A stretch of DNA of 64,000 nucleotides from Corallochytrium limacisporum Hawaii (lineage: Eukaryota > Protista > Pluriformea): NCBI GenBank assembly GCA_002811645.1, contig PDIP01000258.1, forward strand, positions 12,419 to 76,418, read 5' to 3'. A program made the translations under genes and the position numbers. Under the pieces are notes generated by a model that ran no database searches, had not been told where the DNA came from, and worked only from the letters and a program-made list of their open reading frames with translations. This document shows, piece after piece, positions 31,059 through 42,700 of this stretch. The number at the start of each line of letters is the position of its first letter. Positions within the stretch are counted from its first letter, which is position 1.

Positions 31059-32951
31059 ATGATGGAGAGTCACGCAGCCCGTTTGGAGGCAGCATCTGTG
31101 TTCTCATATCCAGGCAAGAATCTTGGCAAGATTATTTCTGAGACGAATGTTCTGGTAGTGGGTGCAGGGGGCATTGGATGCGAACTGCTGAAGAATCTCG
31201 CGCTGGCTGGCTTCCCTAGCATATCTGTCATAGACTTGGACACCATTGAATTAAGCAATCTTAATCGTCAGTTCCTATTCAGGCGAGAACACGTTGGTCA
31301 GGCGAAGGCAGTGGTGGCAGCTGAGGCCATCAGACAGATGAACCCAGCACTGAAAGTCACCGCTTACCACGCTGATATCCTCAGCCGTGACTTTGACGTC
31401 GGCTTCTTTCGGAAGCACCAGATCGTGCTAAATGCTCTGGATAACATCAAAGCTCGGAATCACGTCAATCGCATGTGTCTACAATCTGGTGTTCCGCTCG
31501 TTGAGTCTGGCACGCGTGGGTATTCGGGACAAGTGAAGGACATAATCAAGGGTCGCACACCGTGCCAGGAATGCAATCCGCCAGCACCGCAGAAAACATT
31601 CCCTGTCTGTACTATCCGCAACACTCCAACTCAGCCGGTTCATTGCCTGGTCTGGGCCAAGTTTTTGTTTGGTCAGATGTTCGGACCCGAAGATGATGAC
31701 CACGATGTCAGCCCAGACATGGACGATCCCGAACTCCAGCAGGATAATGTGGACGGTGCAACTGAGAACGCACCCACACAACCAACGACGACAGCGGAAA
31801 CTGCGGAACAGAACGGTAACCCCAACGGGGAGGAAGAAAGTCACAAGCGATCGAACTTCCGTGCGTGGGTTGAAAACGTAGAATATGACGCTGCTTCTGT
31901 GTTCCAACGCCTGTACAAGACAGACGTTGAAACCTTGCTCGGTATGACGGGACTGTGGCGCACCAGAAAGAAGCCCGAGCTTTTGCCGGTCGAGGATTGG
32001 CTGCAGAGCAAGGACGATCAACTGCAAAGGGTTGTGGACACTGTAAAACCGAGTGGTCAGTACTGTGCTCAGCTCTTCCTGGACTCGTGCAAACAACTGC
32101 GGGAACGAATGCTGCAGGCGCCTAGAAATCAGTTGGAGTGGGACAAGGACGACGATTTGGGCATGGATTTTGTCTTTGCCGCATCTAATCTGCGCTCCTT
32201 GGTATACCACATTCCAGTGAAGAGCCGTTTCGATTGCAAGAGCATTGCAGGTAACATTGTGCCTGCCATTGCCACTACAAACGCGATCTGCGCCGGTCTG
32301 ATCATGATTGAGGCCCTCAAAGTTCTGCAGAATCAGACCGATGCACTGCGTATGACGTATATTTCAGAGAATGCCAGCGGGAAAATTCTCATTCCATCGC
32401 AACATGACTCGCCGAACCCACATTGCTACATTTGCTCATCAACTACGCCGCAGCTGTTCCTCGGACTGCGTCTGGATCTGGTTACCGTCACTTACCTGCG
32501 TGACACCATCCTCAAGAATGCCATTCATATGGCCCACCCTGACGAGATTACAGCGGGATCGAGCATCCTCTTTGATGCCGACGAAGAGATCACTGAAGCT
32601 AACTTGAACAAGACGCTCGCTGAACTGGGCGTCCAGCACGGCGATACCCTCGAGATCACCGACTCTCACCAGAATGTGGAACTGCGCGTCGTAGTGGATG
32701 CTAGAGCTGAGGATTTAGATGCAGAGAAAATGTACGTTGTGCAATCTCAGCAAGGAGAGTTAAAGAATGGTGGTGGTGACATGGCCGATGGTACGGCGAC
32801 AACGGGTGACAGGACGGAGGGTACTGCTACGGCTGGTGCTGCTGCGGAGGACGACGAGATTGTGATGGTAGTCGATGACGATGACCTGATCATTATCGAG
32901 GATGAAGAACCCGGACTCGAACCGGACGCCAAACGCGCAAAGCATTCGTGA
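31059..32951 (+). CDS. UBA2: SUMO-activating enzyme subunit 2 (UBA2/SAE2)
   Basis: VGAGGIGCELLKNL, SNLNRQFLF, active site KTFPVCTIRNTP, WDKDDD, AGNIVPAIATTNA, C-terminal SIM-like DDLIIIED and NLS AKRAK; first ATG at 31059. Confidence 0.95.
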   Translation: MMESHAARLEAASVFSYPGKNLGKIISETNVLVVGAGGIGCELLKNLALAGFPSISVIDLDTIELSNLNRQFLFRREHVGQAKAVVAAEAIRQMNPALKVTAYHADILSRDFDVGFFRKHQIVLNALDNIKARNHVNRMCLQSGVPLVESGTRGYSGQVKDIIKGRTPCQECNPPAPQKTFPVCTIRNTPTQPVHCLVWAKFLFGQMFGPEDDDHDVSPDMDDPELQQDNVDGATENAPTQPTTTAETAEQNGNPNGEEESHKRSNFRAWVENVEYDAASVFQRLYKTDVETLLGMTGLWRTRKKPELLPVEDWLQSKDDQLQRVVDTVKPSGQYCAQLFLDSCKQLRERMLQAPRNQLEWDKDDDLGMDFVFAASNLRSLVYHIPVKSRFDCKSIAGNIVPAIATTNAICAGLIMIEALKVLQNQTDALRMTYISENASGKILIPSQHDSPNPHCYICSSTTPQLFLGLRLDLVTVTYLRDTILKNAIHMAHPDEITAGSSILFDADEEITEANLNKTLAELGVQHGDTLEITDSHQNVELRVVVDARAEDLDAEKMYVVQSQQGELKNGGGDMADGTATTGDRTEGTATAGAAAEDDEIVMVVDDDDLIIIEDEEPGLEPDAKRAKHS

Positions 32952-33101
32952 ATTCAAGAAGAACATAGCATGTAAGAACATAAGAGTTAAACCGAGGATG
33001 CTTCGTATGGCGATGAGTTTAATCAGTTAACTAGGAATGAATTTCTTGTGCTCTAACGTTCAAACGGCATACGTGTACGGACTTCTTTTCTTTCTTGCCG
33101 T

Positions 33102-33356
33102 TCAGCCAGGAAGTTTGCATGTGATTGGAATTCCTCCGTGCTCCTCAAGAGTGTACTCGTCTTCCAGGAGCGGAGCCGTGACCGGAGACACATGGATTCT
33201 CAATGGTTCACCATTGCTCTCCACACGACTCGCCGTGTTCTCAGTGTCCCCGAAGAAACAGTAGCACGGCATTTTGTTGCCCACAACACCAGCCAGACAG
33301 GAGCCAGAGTGCATACCAATTCGTAATTGCATCACATCCTCCTCCTGGTCCCACAT
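33102..33356 (-). pseudogene. Fragment of a class III (guanylate) cyclase catalytic domain
   Basis: [43 protein letters not shown]; only the C-terminal half, no ATG or upstream exon found, conserved residues substituted (MPRYCLFGDTVN). Confidence 0.7.
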
Positions 33357-33615
33357 ATCAATTCAGTCAGTCACTGTCGCTTTCTCTGGCACGAGACGGC
33401 TTTTCTTTCCTCCGATCAATTTATGTCCCAATCTCCCCAAACAGGATCACACTAAGGCGCTCTAGCTCATAAACTTGTCAAGGTGCCCTCTGAGCAAACT
33501 GGGTCGTCTGGCATGGAAATTATTGACTTGATGACTGGCCATAATGATAACACTTACGACAAAATATAATGGAATTCTCTTAGTATTCACAAAACGCGAC
33601 CATCGGTATACGTGC

Positions 33616-34857
33616 CTAAATGTAGAATGGCAGATCCAAGTTGAGAATCTTGCCTGTGCTTAGCTCTGGTCTCTGGTTCAGCCTGCTCTGCCGACTCATG
33701 ACCACATTATGCATTTCGTGAATCAATTGGCGCAAAGTTACTCCCGGATATTTCTTCTCGATTACGTCGATGAAGCTGTACGTCATTGCTCCAGTATGCA
33801 CACTGCCGCTTAATCCCTTAGTGTCCGCCGAAGTCTGGTCCGATCCACACGCACTAACGAGGACCACATCCGCCTGCGTGGGTCTGTGGGGGTTTGTGAC
33901 CTGCTGCCTACGGCCTCTCTTTCGGCGACCACCGCCGAGCAACATGTCGATAGGACTTAGAGGCTGCTGTGCACTGGGATCGTTTTTGAACGGTTGGTAT
34001 TCGTACGGCAGATCCATACCCGTACCACTGTGGCAGCAGTCCATAACGCAGAACAAACGGGCACCTGCGGGCAGGGCGTCAGCCATGTATCGCTTGAGGT
34101 CATCATCGATAATGTGGCCAGCGCGTTCATAGTCCAACGGAACAATCGTTTCGTCCATGCCATCAGCTTCGTCACCATCCAGGTCCTTGACCTGAGACCC
34201 GTGCCCGGAGTAGCTGAAGAAGAGAGAGTCGCCTGGCTTGGCATCACCGACAAGCCAGCGGATTCCTTGCATAATGTTGGCACGGGTTGGTTGCAAGGTG
34301 GGATTCTGCTGATCATCTGTCATGAAAAGAATCTGGTTCTCTTGGAAATTGAGCTTGGACGTCAACAAGTACTTCAAACATCGTGCGTCATTGATGCAGC
34401 CATTCAAGCGCAGTCGGGAATTATTGAGATAGTTGATTCCCACTATGAAAGCCCTGCGTTTACCCTTGACCTGATGCGCACTAGGCTGGCCTGCAGCATT
34501 GGGCGGCGCCGCGTGTTGTGGGGCCGCGTGCTGTGGCGGGGGTGCTCCTGGATGCGGCGGAGGAGGTGGATGCTGGCCCCAACCGGGCTGTGGCGGAGGA
34601 TGGTACGGTGCCCGTGACTGCTGGTAGTATGGATTAGCATTCCAGTTCTGACTAGGGGGTCCATAAGGGTTCTGCCCTGGAGGAACGCCGCCTCCGGGTC
34701 CGTAAGGATTGACTCCCGGTGGCGGTGGTGCTCCTGGATAAGGTGGCTGTGCCACACCGTACGGATTTTGTCCCGGAGGCGGGTAGCCTCCGCCTGGAGG
34801 TGGGTAGCCGCCACCAGGAGGCGGAAAGCCGCCGCCTGGACCGTAGGGGTTTGCCAT
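33616..34857 (-). CDS. MCA1: Type I metacaspase with Pro/Gly/Gln-rich prodomain, 413 aa
   Basis: RRAFIVGINY, LNGCINDA, FSYSGHG (His), DEADGMDETIVPLD, DCCHSGTGMDLPY (Cys), QTSAD, GAMTYSF. Confidence 0.95.
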   Translation of the reverse strand: MANPYGPGGGFPPPGGGYPPPGGGYPPPGQNPYGVAQPPYPGAPPPPGVNPYGPGGGVPPGQNPYGPPSQNWNANPYYQQSRAPYHPPPQPGWGQHPPPPPHPGAPPPQHAAPQHAAPPNAAGQPSAHQVKGKRRAFIVGINYLNNSRLRLNGCINDARCLKYLLTSKLNFQENQILFMTDDQQNPTLQPTRANIMQGIRWLVGDAKPGDSLFFSYSGHGSQVKDLDGDEADGMDETIVPLDYERAGHIIDDDLKRYMADALPAGARLFCVMDCCHSGTGMDLPYEYQPFKNDPSAQQPLSPIDMLLGGGRRKRGRRQQVTNPHRPTQADVVLVSACGSDQTSADTKGLSGSVHTGAMTYSFIDVIEKKYPGVTLRQLIHEMHNVVMSRQSRLNQRPELSTGKILNLDLPFYI

Positions 34858-36353
34858 GGTATCTGTATGCTATGTGGATTGCCTATCGCTAGCAAATTTC
34901 TTAGGCCTAAGGGATTAAACACACATGCGCCATTGTTGATAATGGAAAAAAAGGATTGTTAATAGCTTTCCATGGTCCTTCCTTAGTATCATCTGTCCTG
35001 CACTGACCTCCATCTATTGGTGTCCGTTTTTGGATGATTCTGCCAGCCCCTGGAATTGGCCGGGCAAAGGTTGTGCTCAAATCGAAACTGATGCCTGCTC
35101 CCTAATTCTGGTGGCTTTTTCCTTTAGCAGTTGGAGTGCCGAACATTTTCGTTAGCCTTATGGATCCTCCTGCCAATAGTATAGAAAATCTACTTTCAAG
35201 CTCGCTCGTCCAACTAAGGAAGAGAGAGTGGTAGGTACGTCTTCGCTTGTTGGGGGAGGGGGGGGGGGCCCGGCGCGAGCTCACAACTGTGAAATCGAGA
35301 TCAATCTTTCCTCGTTGATTTCAAACTTTAGACGTGCCAGAGGTTTACCAGGGGGGTTTACCTGCTGGTGCACGTATGTCCTTTATAGATTGTCTGCCTG
35401 GGAACAAGACTCGGGCATGCACGTTCCGAGAAGTAGACATGAAACAGACCACAGAACTGGTAGGTATCATAACATACGTAGCCAGACACGGAGGTAGATA
35501 CGTCAGTTGCGGATGCAAGGCAGGCTAAGATGTGTGTGTGTGTTGACTTTGAGATTGCACACGGGCGTTGGATGCATCTGGTAATTCTCTGGTGACGCCC
35601 TCCTGATTCAAGCCCCAGCGGCCGATGTGTGTCGATGAGGATGCTGCTGTATGCTTGACACTCCTGTATCAGACTATCTCAATGTACTAATGATGCCATC
35701 ATCAGGCTATTGCTATGACGGCAAGGCAACACAGGGTCGTAGTGTGGGTGATCAGAAATCGGCGGTGGCTCCTAGTACGATGGAAATCTCCAACCCAACC
35801 GTTGGCAACTGGGGTATCAGCCAAGGGAGAAAAAAAAGGAGTTTGAGAAGGAACGAAACCAGCTTGAAACAAGGGAGAGGGGGGGGCTAGAGGGGTACGG
35901 GGGCACGCTGTGCGATTACTCCCGCGGCTCCCCTCGATACCTTGTGGCTAGAGAAGTAATTCAACTGGCTTCTCACTTTGGTTTTTTTCTTTTCTTCGAT
36001 TGACCACTCTGTACCCTAAGTACGCCCTGCCGAAAGCGAATCGACCGTATGAACGGGTCAAATACGCTGGAACATAGCAATCATTGAAAACCGCACGCTA
36101 TGCATAATGTATGCACATTATCACCCCAACAACAAGATTGGTGGTGCTTTGTCAAGTGGTTTCTGTTGGTTGCGACCCGCCGAAGGTAGCAACATCACCA
36201 GAATTCGTGGCCATTCGTGCAATCACACTCGGACTCGTTTGCATCCCTTCATTAAGGAAATGGTTGGATTGAAACGGTAGGGAAAAAAAGGGAAGGGGGG
36301 GAGGGAGAGGAACTCTCTTGTCCCCCTTTCCCCCTCTCCCCCCCCCCCCCACC

Positions 36354-36468
36354 NNNNNNNNNNNNNNNNNNNNNNNNNNNNNNNNNNNNNNNNNNNNNNN
36401 NNNNNNNNNNNNNNNNNNNNNNNNNNNNNNNNNNNNNNNNNNNNNNNNNNNNNNNNNNNNNNNNNNNN
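36354..36468. other. Assembly gap (N run) between poly-C tracts
   Basis: N run flanked by C homopolymers. Confidence 0.95.
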
Positions 36469-38296
36469 CTTCCCCCCCCCCCCCCCCCCCCCAACCGGGC
36501 AGTACACACACCCGTCCGAACGGGCCGCGGTGACTAGAGTACACCTCCATCTCTATAGTAAATGTAGCAATATTCTCCGTCACTGTGGCACGCCAACGAT
36601 CTCAGTTGCACACCCATCCTGGAAAGTCCGTTCCGTTCGAAGGCATTCCGTCCCGACTTCGCTGCAGGCACCAACTTTTCCAACGTCTTTCCTGCTTGAA
36701 TGCTTGCCTGCTTGTTAACGATACTCAAATTCATGTCATTGTCGCCTCATCACAACGAGAAGCATGCAAACAATTTAGAGACACCCCCGCAAGCGAGATA
36801 AAAGCGGACATGTATTAAAGCACGGAACGAAGTCTGACCACCGAAGTTTTGACAAACGAAGGCATGGCAAGACGGAGGTAAAGTTTGTTGGTATGTGTTT
36901 GTCACAACGTGATTGAAAAGTGTCCAACATAGCGACTAATGCAGTTACCTTCCTGTGATTGGTACGTATCGAAATGCCGATAGATCCATTGTTGAAGGGC
37001 AGCTTGCTGAACGGCTCACACACATGCGCCCGATCGTGAATTCCAAAGAGTGTTTCTTAGCATAGATTCCATTTCAAGGTACACTTTGTTGGCCCCAGCA
37101 TGCTCAATTTATGTTATCGGTTTCTAGCGACGCTCAAGAAGCCGCCAAGCAAAGCCATACCATACCCTATGATACCTGCCAATCTGCGTCATGTCTGTTG
37201 TATTCCAAACGCCCAGCACCACGCTAGAAGCCTGTGCAATGCCGATGCCAAGGGGCCTACCTGGTCAGGGCAACAGATCAACGTCCTTTGGAAAAGAACA
37301 GCAAGCATGCATACAACTCTAGGGGCTAAACTCCGGTCTCCGGAACAACAATATTCACCACACTTTGGCCTTTACCAAACTGAGCACTGGGGAGTACCCC
37401 TCCGTAACTCATACCCTGGACAGATTTTTTCCTTCTCGTTCCACAGTTCGGCTGGTCCCAGCTGGAATGTACTCCCCAGAAAGGTCTTGCACCAAATCTG
37501 GCTTGAACAATATTTCGAACACGGGCGATCATACGTACCGGACATCGGTAGAATGATATGGAAACGAGAAACGCAATCCTAAACCTGGAGCTTAGAAACT
37601 CTCAAAGTCTTTTTTACTCTTCGCGTTGCCTAAGTAAAAACTAGTTGTGGTTGTCTTCCGGTTTCTGCTGTGGGATGCCTAAGGTATACTCTTGCCGTGT
37701 GGGTCACAGTTCCCGCTTGGGGCTCCTGGTTGGCCGGTCACTGGTCGCTCTCCCGTTCTGATACTCTCCCCAGATCCCCAGATCCCCACCTAAGCGCACT
37801 GTTTCCAGGCGGCTTGCTCAACGAAAACGACTGTTGCCCCTCCCTCCTCTCCGCCGCGCAGGTGGGGACTACGGGACAATCGGCAATGGACCCGTTTCTC
37901 CATTGTTAGGAGTCAAATGAGGGAGGGAGCACGTCGTTCTTTCCGGCGGTTGGCGCGGTGCCACTCCCCCGCTCCTGTTGTAATTCTTAGTACATTCACT
38001 ATATACCAAGTGAGACCCAAGTGGATGGGTACGGGTCTCCGAAGTTACTTCCTATCTCGGATGACGATTTGCGAGTCTGTTGGTGGTTTGGGCCTTACCT
38101 GGAGTACTGCTTTTGAACGGCCTGATATCCAAAGACTTTCGCTTCTTTTTGTGCAGCTTTGTGATTTCGAGTTGCGACATGTGAATGGTTGCCAGCACCC
38201 ACTTGTTGTTTGGGAAGAATAGTGAGATACAAACGCGTCGCCATCGGAGGCAAAGGTACAAGAGAAACTGAATGTGTATGCATTGACTTTGGGCAG

Positions 38297-39751
38297 ATGA
38301 ATCAATCCAATAGTCCGATAACGATACAGGACAAGGACGAAAGCAGCCGTAGGAACTCTCAAATTGTGACCATGAGATCCACGAAAGCAATGTGGCGGTC
38401 ATGTGCCAACAGCCGACGGGCACAGGCCTTGGCACTAGTAGTGGTTTGCGTCTTGTTCCTCATTTACACAACCGTTTCGAACAACTCAATGTACAATCCA
38501 GCTGATTCCTGGAAAGAGACATGGAGAAACACCATGGAGAGGAAAGGTCCACTGATTACTCCAGTTACAGAGACCACTGTGTGGGACCGCATTCTGGCTC
38601 GACAGACTAATGTTAATACCAACTATATGAGCCATGCCGTTCTACAGCAAGAGATTAACAACTTACACCACAATTTCAAGGTCTACACTTACGTACTTGA
38701 ACCGTTTGGTGATCTCCGCTTAGTGAATACTCAGTGCGGCATAAATGCAGGGAATAACAAAGGCTATGGTTTGGAACGGCACATGGCCAAGGTCCTGCAA
38801 CAGCGTGGTCCCTTCACTACCTCGGACCCTAAGGACGCAGACATGTACTACGTTCCTTTGCTACCCTGCGTGGCACGATGGGAGCTTCGTTGGAAGGGTA
38901 TCCACCGCGATGACTATGAAAAGAATGTCGAATTTGCAAAAGAATACCTCAAGCGTGGCTTCTCCCATGTCATGACGGATTTCCCGTTTTGGTCTCGCAC
39001 CGATGGAAAAGATCACTTTTGGACCTCATCTCATGACGGCGGTATTACCCGAGCGGAGCTAGCTCCGGCCAGTGCCACTGATAACCCTGTAATCATAGTC
39101 AATTCCGCTGATGAAACACGCGGCTTTGATCCGTGTAAAGACATCTCAGGAATACCAAACATTGATTTCGCCAGGCCCAACGTTGGCCGAGGCGGAGATG
39201 GCCTCACACAAGAACGGAATCGCCTAGCATTTTTCGCGGGAAATCTGCAGAATGTCCAGCTGCGCAAAAATTTTGCCCATCTTTTCAGTGACCATCCTCA
39301 GTTTGACGTCTTCCAAGGCCGTCTGGCGGAGGAAGAGTACACTGACCACCTGGCAACTCACACATTCTGCATTCATATGCGTGGCCACCAGGTTTGGAGC
39401 CCGCGCGTTATAGAGTACCTTTGGTTTGGATGTATACCTGTCATCCTTAGTGATGACTACCATCTTCCCCTTGGTAACATACTGGACTGGCGTGAGTTTG
39501 CTGTGATCCTTTGTGAGGATGATATGCCTCATCTCAGTGAGATCCTGGAAAGTATATCCGAAGACCAGATCAGCAAGATGCAGAACCGCCTGAAGGAGGT
39601 GTGGGAATATTTCGTCTATCATCAGGAAGCTACGCCGGGCGACGCGACCTGGATGACCATTTTGCAGCTGTATCAACGGTACCGCGGTACATTGGAATGC
39701 TCCAAGAGTGTCCGCGAACTTGCGGGATGTGCAGCCCGTCCACTCCGCTAG
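38297..39751 (+). CDS. Exostosin-family (GT47) type II membrane glycosyltransferase
   Basis: Single N-terminal TM; FKVYTY, TSDPKDADMYYVP, FWSRTDGKDHF..HDGG, RNRLAFFAG, WSPRVIEYLWFGCIPVILSD..LPLGNILDW; start at 38297 or 38372. Confidence 0.88.
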   Translation: MNQSNSPITIQDKDESSRRNSQIVTMRSTKAMWRSCANSRRAQALALVVVCVLFLIYTTVSNNSMYNPADSWKETWRNTMERKGPLITPVTETTVWDRILARQTNVNTNYMSHAVLQQEINNLHHNFKVYTYVLEPFGDLRLVNTQCGINAGNNKGYGLERHMAKVLQQRGPFTTSDPKDADMYYVPLLPCVARWELRWKGIHRDDYEKNVEFAKEYLKRGFSHVMTDFPFWSRTDGKDHFWTSSHDGGITRAELAPASATDNPVIIVNSADETRGFDPCKDISGIPNIDFARPNVGRGGDGLTQERNRLAFFAGNLQNVQLRKNFAHLFSDHPQFDVFQGRLAEEEYTDHLATHTFCIHMRGHQVWSPRVIEYLWFGCIPVILSDDYHLPLGNILDWREFAVILCEDDMPHLSEILESISEDQISKMQNRLKEVWEYFVYHQEATPGDATWMTILQLYQRYRGTLECSKSVRELAGCAARPLR

Positions 39752-42700
39752 ATAAGCCACCGTGGACCCCATCAAAGATCATGAGCGCAACAAGTGAAGA
39801 CTCTGACTCAAGGGAGCGTCCGTCAGTGGTGCTAATGAACGAATGCGTATCAGTTCAAGTAATGCTCTTCGGCTTTGCCCTGTTCATCATACCCCATCAT
39901 CGTGATTTCATTACATTTCCCTAGATACGATCCGTTTTAGAACATAAGTCACCAAGTAAGTGATAAGCACAAGAGGCAAGAGTGGATACGATGGGAAAAA
40001 ATGGACTATGTATTGATTCTATTATAAAACTCATGACCTGCATGAGGTATTCACCAAATGACCGGCATTGATGACTTTTCGTATACTACAATTGGATTTT
40101 GATCCGAGAGTTCACATGCTCTTCGAAGGAGCAGTTGCAGTGGTGGACTGTCCCCGGACGGCACCCATGGGAAGCTTAGCAATCTTTGTGTAACCCGGGT
40201 TCTCCTTGAGGAACTGCCGTGACCGCAGAGCCTTGGTCATGACAAACTGGGGAGAGTGGCGGACAAGACGAGTGGCAGCAGTAGGCAGCATTTTGTCCGT
40301 GAATTGTGTGTCGAGTTTAGATCCGAATTGGAACTTATTATGAAAGTCATCACACCAATGACGTGGACCTGCTGTCCATTTTATACCTCAGAGATCATCG
40401 GTATTCGCCGCAGAAAAGGGTCCGTACTCCTTGGTTAAGCAGCAATCCGTCTCCACTTTGGCCCCAAATGGAGTCTCGCGGACTACCTGGACTTCGCTCG
40501 CGTGTATTTTCATGATATCCCCCCTGCCTCTCTGTCCTTCGCGCCCCTGCCTATCACCCGCACCCTATCCGCGATAGTCGGTGTGTTGAATACTCAATGA
40601 CCGGTCGGTTTTCCCCGTTAGTTCTCGTGCTCTTGCAAGGGGTCAATGTCTGACCAGAACACCCCCTTCCTTAATTCCGAATGCTGGCCCACTCCCCTAG
40701 CCCGGAGCCTAGCCCCTTTTCCCCACCGCCTTTCCCCCTTCCCCAAATCTCTCGATCCCCGGAGTTTTCCCATTAGCATATACCTCTTGTTCCGTTCAGA
40801 CGGGGGGCTCCAGAGAAACCTGGTATTAAAATAGTTGATAAGAATCTGGAGGTTGAATTGAAGAGTTATATATGTTCAAAAACTCGGTATAGCTTTTCCT
40901 CCCATGTCGGGCAGTTTTGACGGTGACTCACAGCTGCGAATTTTTATACTGAATGTATTTGAGTTATTTCCCAAAGTCAGGGCACCGCGGGCAAGCTAAT
41001 GACCCGCCCCCCCCCCAAAGAACGATACAATACCTCAGAAACGTGGAGTGGTTTTTCCCAGGGGAGGACATTTGGAACAGTATATTCACTACTAGGATGC
41101 GACAAGTCGAGGCAGCACCTTCCGCATTGGTAACCTAAGCGAGGGTTGTTTTCTTGCAGCGGTCAGCAAGTTTTTTCCAGAAATTTGCGTCAACAATGCT
41201 GCAGCAAATAACCCCCTCCCCCCCCCCCGGGGGCGTTACACAGCCCGCACCCAGCCAATAGAAACTCTACCGCACTTTCAAAAAAGTACGGGGCACTCAA
41301 TTGCCTGTGCCGAGTGATTGCGACAAATTGTGGGCAAATTACTCCCTAATTTTCTTACGTTCGTGCCCCCATTCGCCCTCTGGCTCTGACTGAGGTATTT
41401 TTAACCGTTTTCCTCCCAGTTTCTGCCCCGCTATCAGAGCCCGTGCTCGTGGGGCTTGTTGAACTTTAGGGTCATTAAGTTTTGCTTTGTCACTCCATAA
41501 AGTGCCTGCGTTCGCACACCGACACATTCCTTTTGGTTCATGCCCGGGGCCATAAAAGGGTCTCCAACGATTCACGAGTTGGGCTCGAAAACACAAAAAA
41601 AAAGCCTGACTATGATGTATAGGTTAAAAAGGCAGGAACATTGCACACTCTCATCATTTCGGCAGCGAAAGAAAGGGGAGGGGGGCAGGGGGGCCTCTCG
41701 CCCGGGGGCACTACTTCGCACAAAACCTAAAATGGAGAAGACCAGTAATACTTAACTAGCCGATCACTCCGAAGCCTCCCGTCCATAGTGTACTTTGTAT
41801 GGTATTCAAAATAATGAAAGGTCGGGGTTGCTTTAAGAGGGTGCGCACCTTGAACCCGTGCCCAGTGCGTTCCTCCCCCTGCCAAACTCAGCTGCCCATG
41901 GCCCGAAAAAGCTCCACTCTGCCCCCGAACGAAGAAAATTTTTCCTTCGGTGACTAGCGCCGAATGAGTATTGGTCTATGGGGTCGTCCACAGTATTGCA
42001 GCAGAATTGGTGTGAAATCCTAGACCTGGTGATTTCAATTCACTCGCATGAACAACCACTCCCCTTTATAGCATAGGCATTCCCAGTAGTGAAATTAAGG
42101 AATTTTTTTTCAAAGGCTGGGGGGTTAGATCCTTTCCTGAAGTTTTTTTTCGACAGGAAGCAAAAAGTATCCGCCGCTTCTATGTTGCAATAGTGTTCCG
42201 AGGCGCCACTGAAGGAACCGAGTCCGCTTGTTTTGTTGTTCTACGGGCACCCACACACTGCTCCCCCAATCCCAACCCCGATCTCGTGCCGTGGAAAGCT
42301 ATAGTGACTGACTGGCGAGAGGGCACGCGACAACGGAAGCATCCATCTCCTTGAGTACGAAACCAATTTGACATGGTCTGTTCCTAGCACTAACCCCGTT
42401 GCAGGGAGGGTACCAAGGTGTCTTAGTGTTGGAGTCTATCGTCACATCGTTCATATGTTTTGTACTTGCTTTTTGACCAGGGTTGGTCTCCATGAGAGCA
42501 TGTAGAGCCGTCACGGCAGAACAGAACCATCCCCGGCCCACTAAGCCCCGTCAGCCAAAAAGGGCAAGCGGAGCATTATTGGATAGTAAGTGTACTGCAC
42601 AGCGGGGGATCTCGCGCGATATTAGTCGTCCTCCAATCGGGTCCACCCGGTATGAGTGGGAGGTATGGGAAGAACGGAGCCTAGCAGCTACGAATGGAGA

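Noticed and set aside
37100-37582. 160-aa ATG ORF
   Set aside because: No recognisable domain or convincing protein-like composition; cannot be supported
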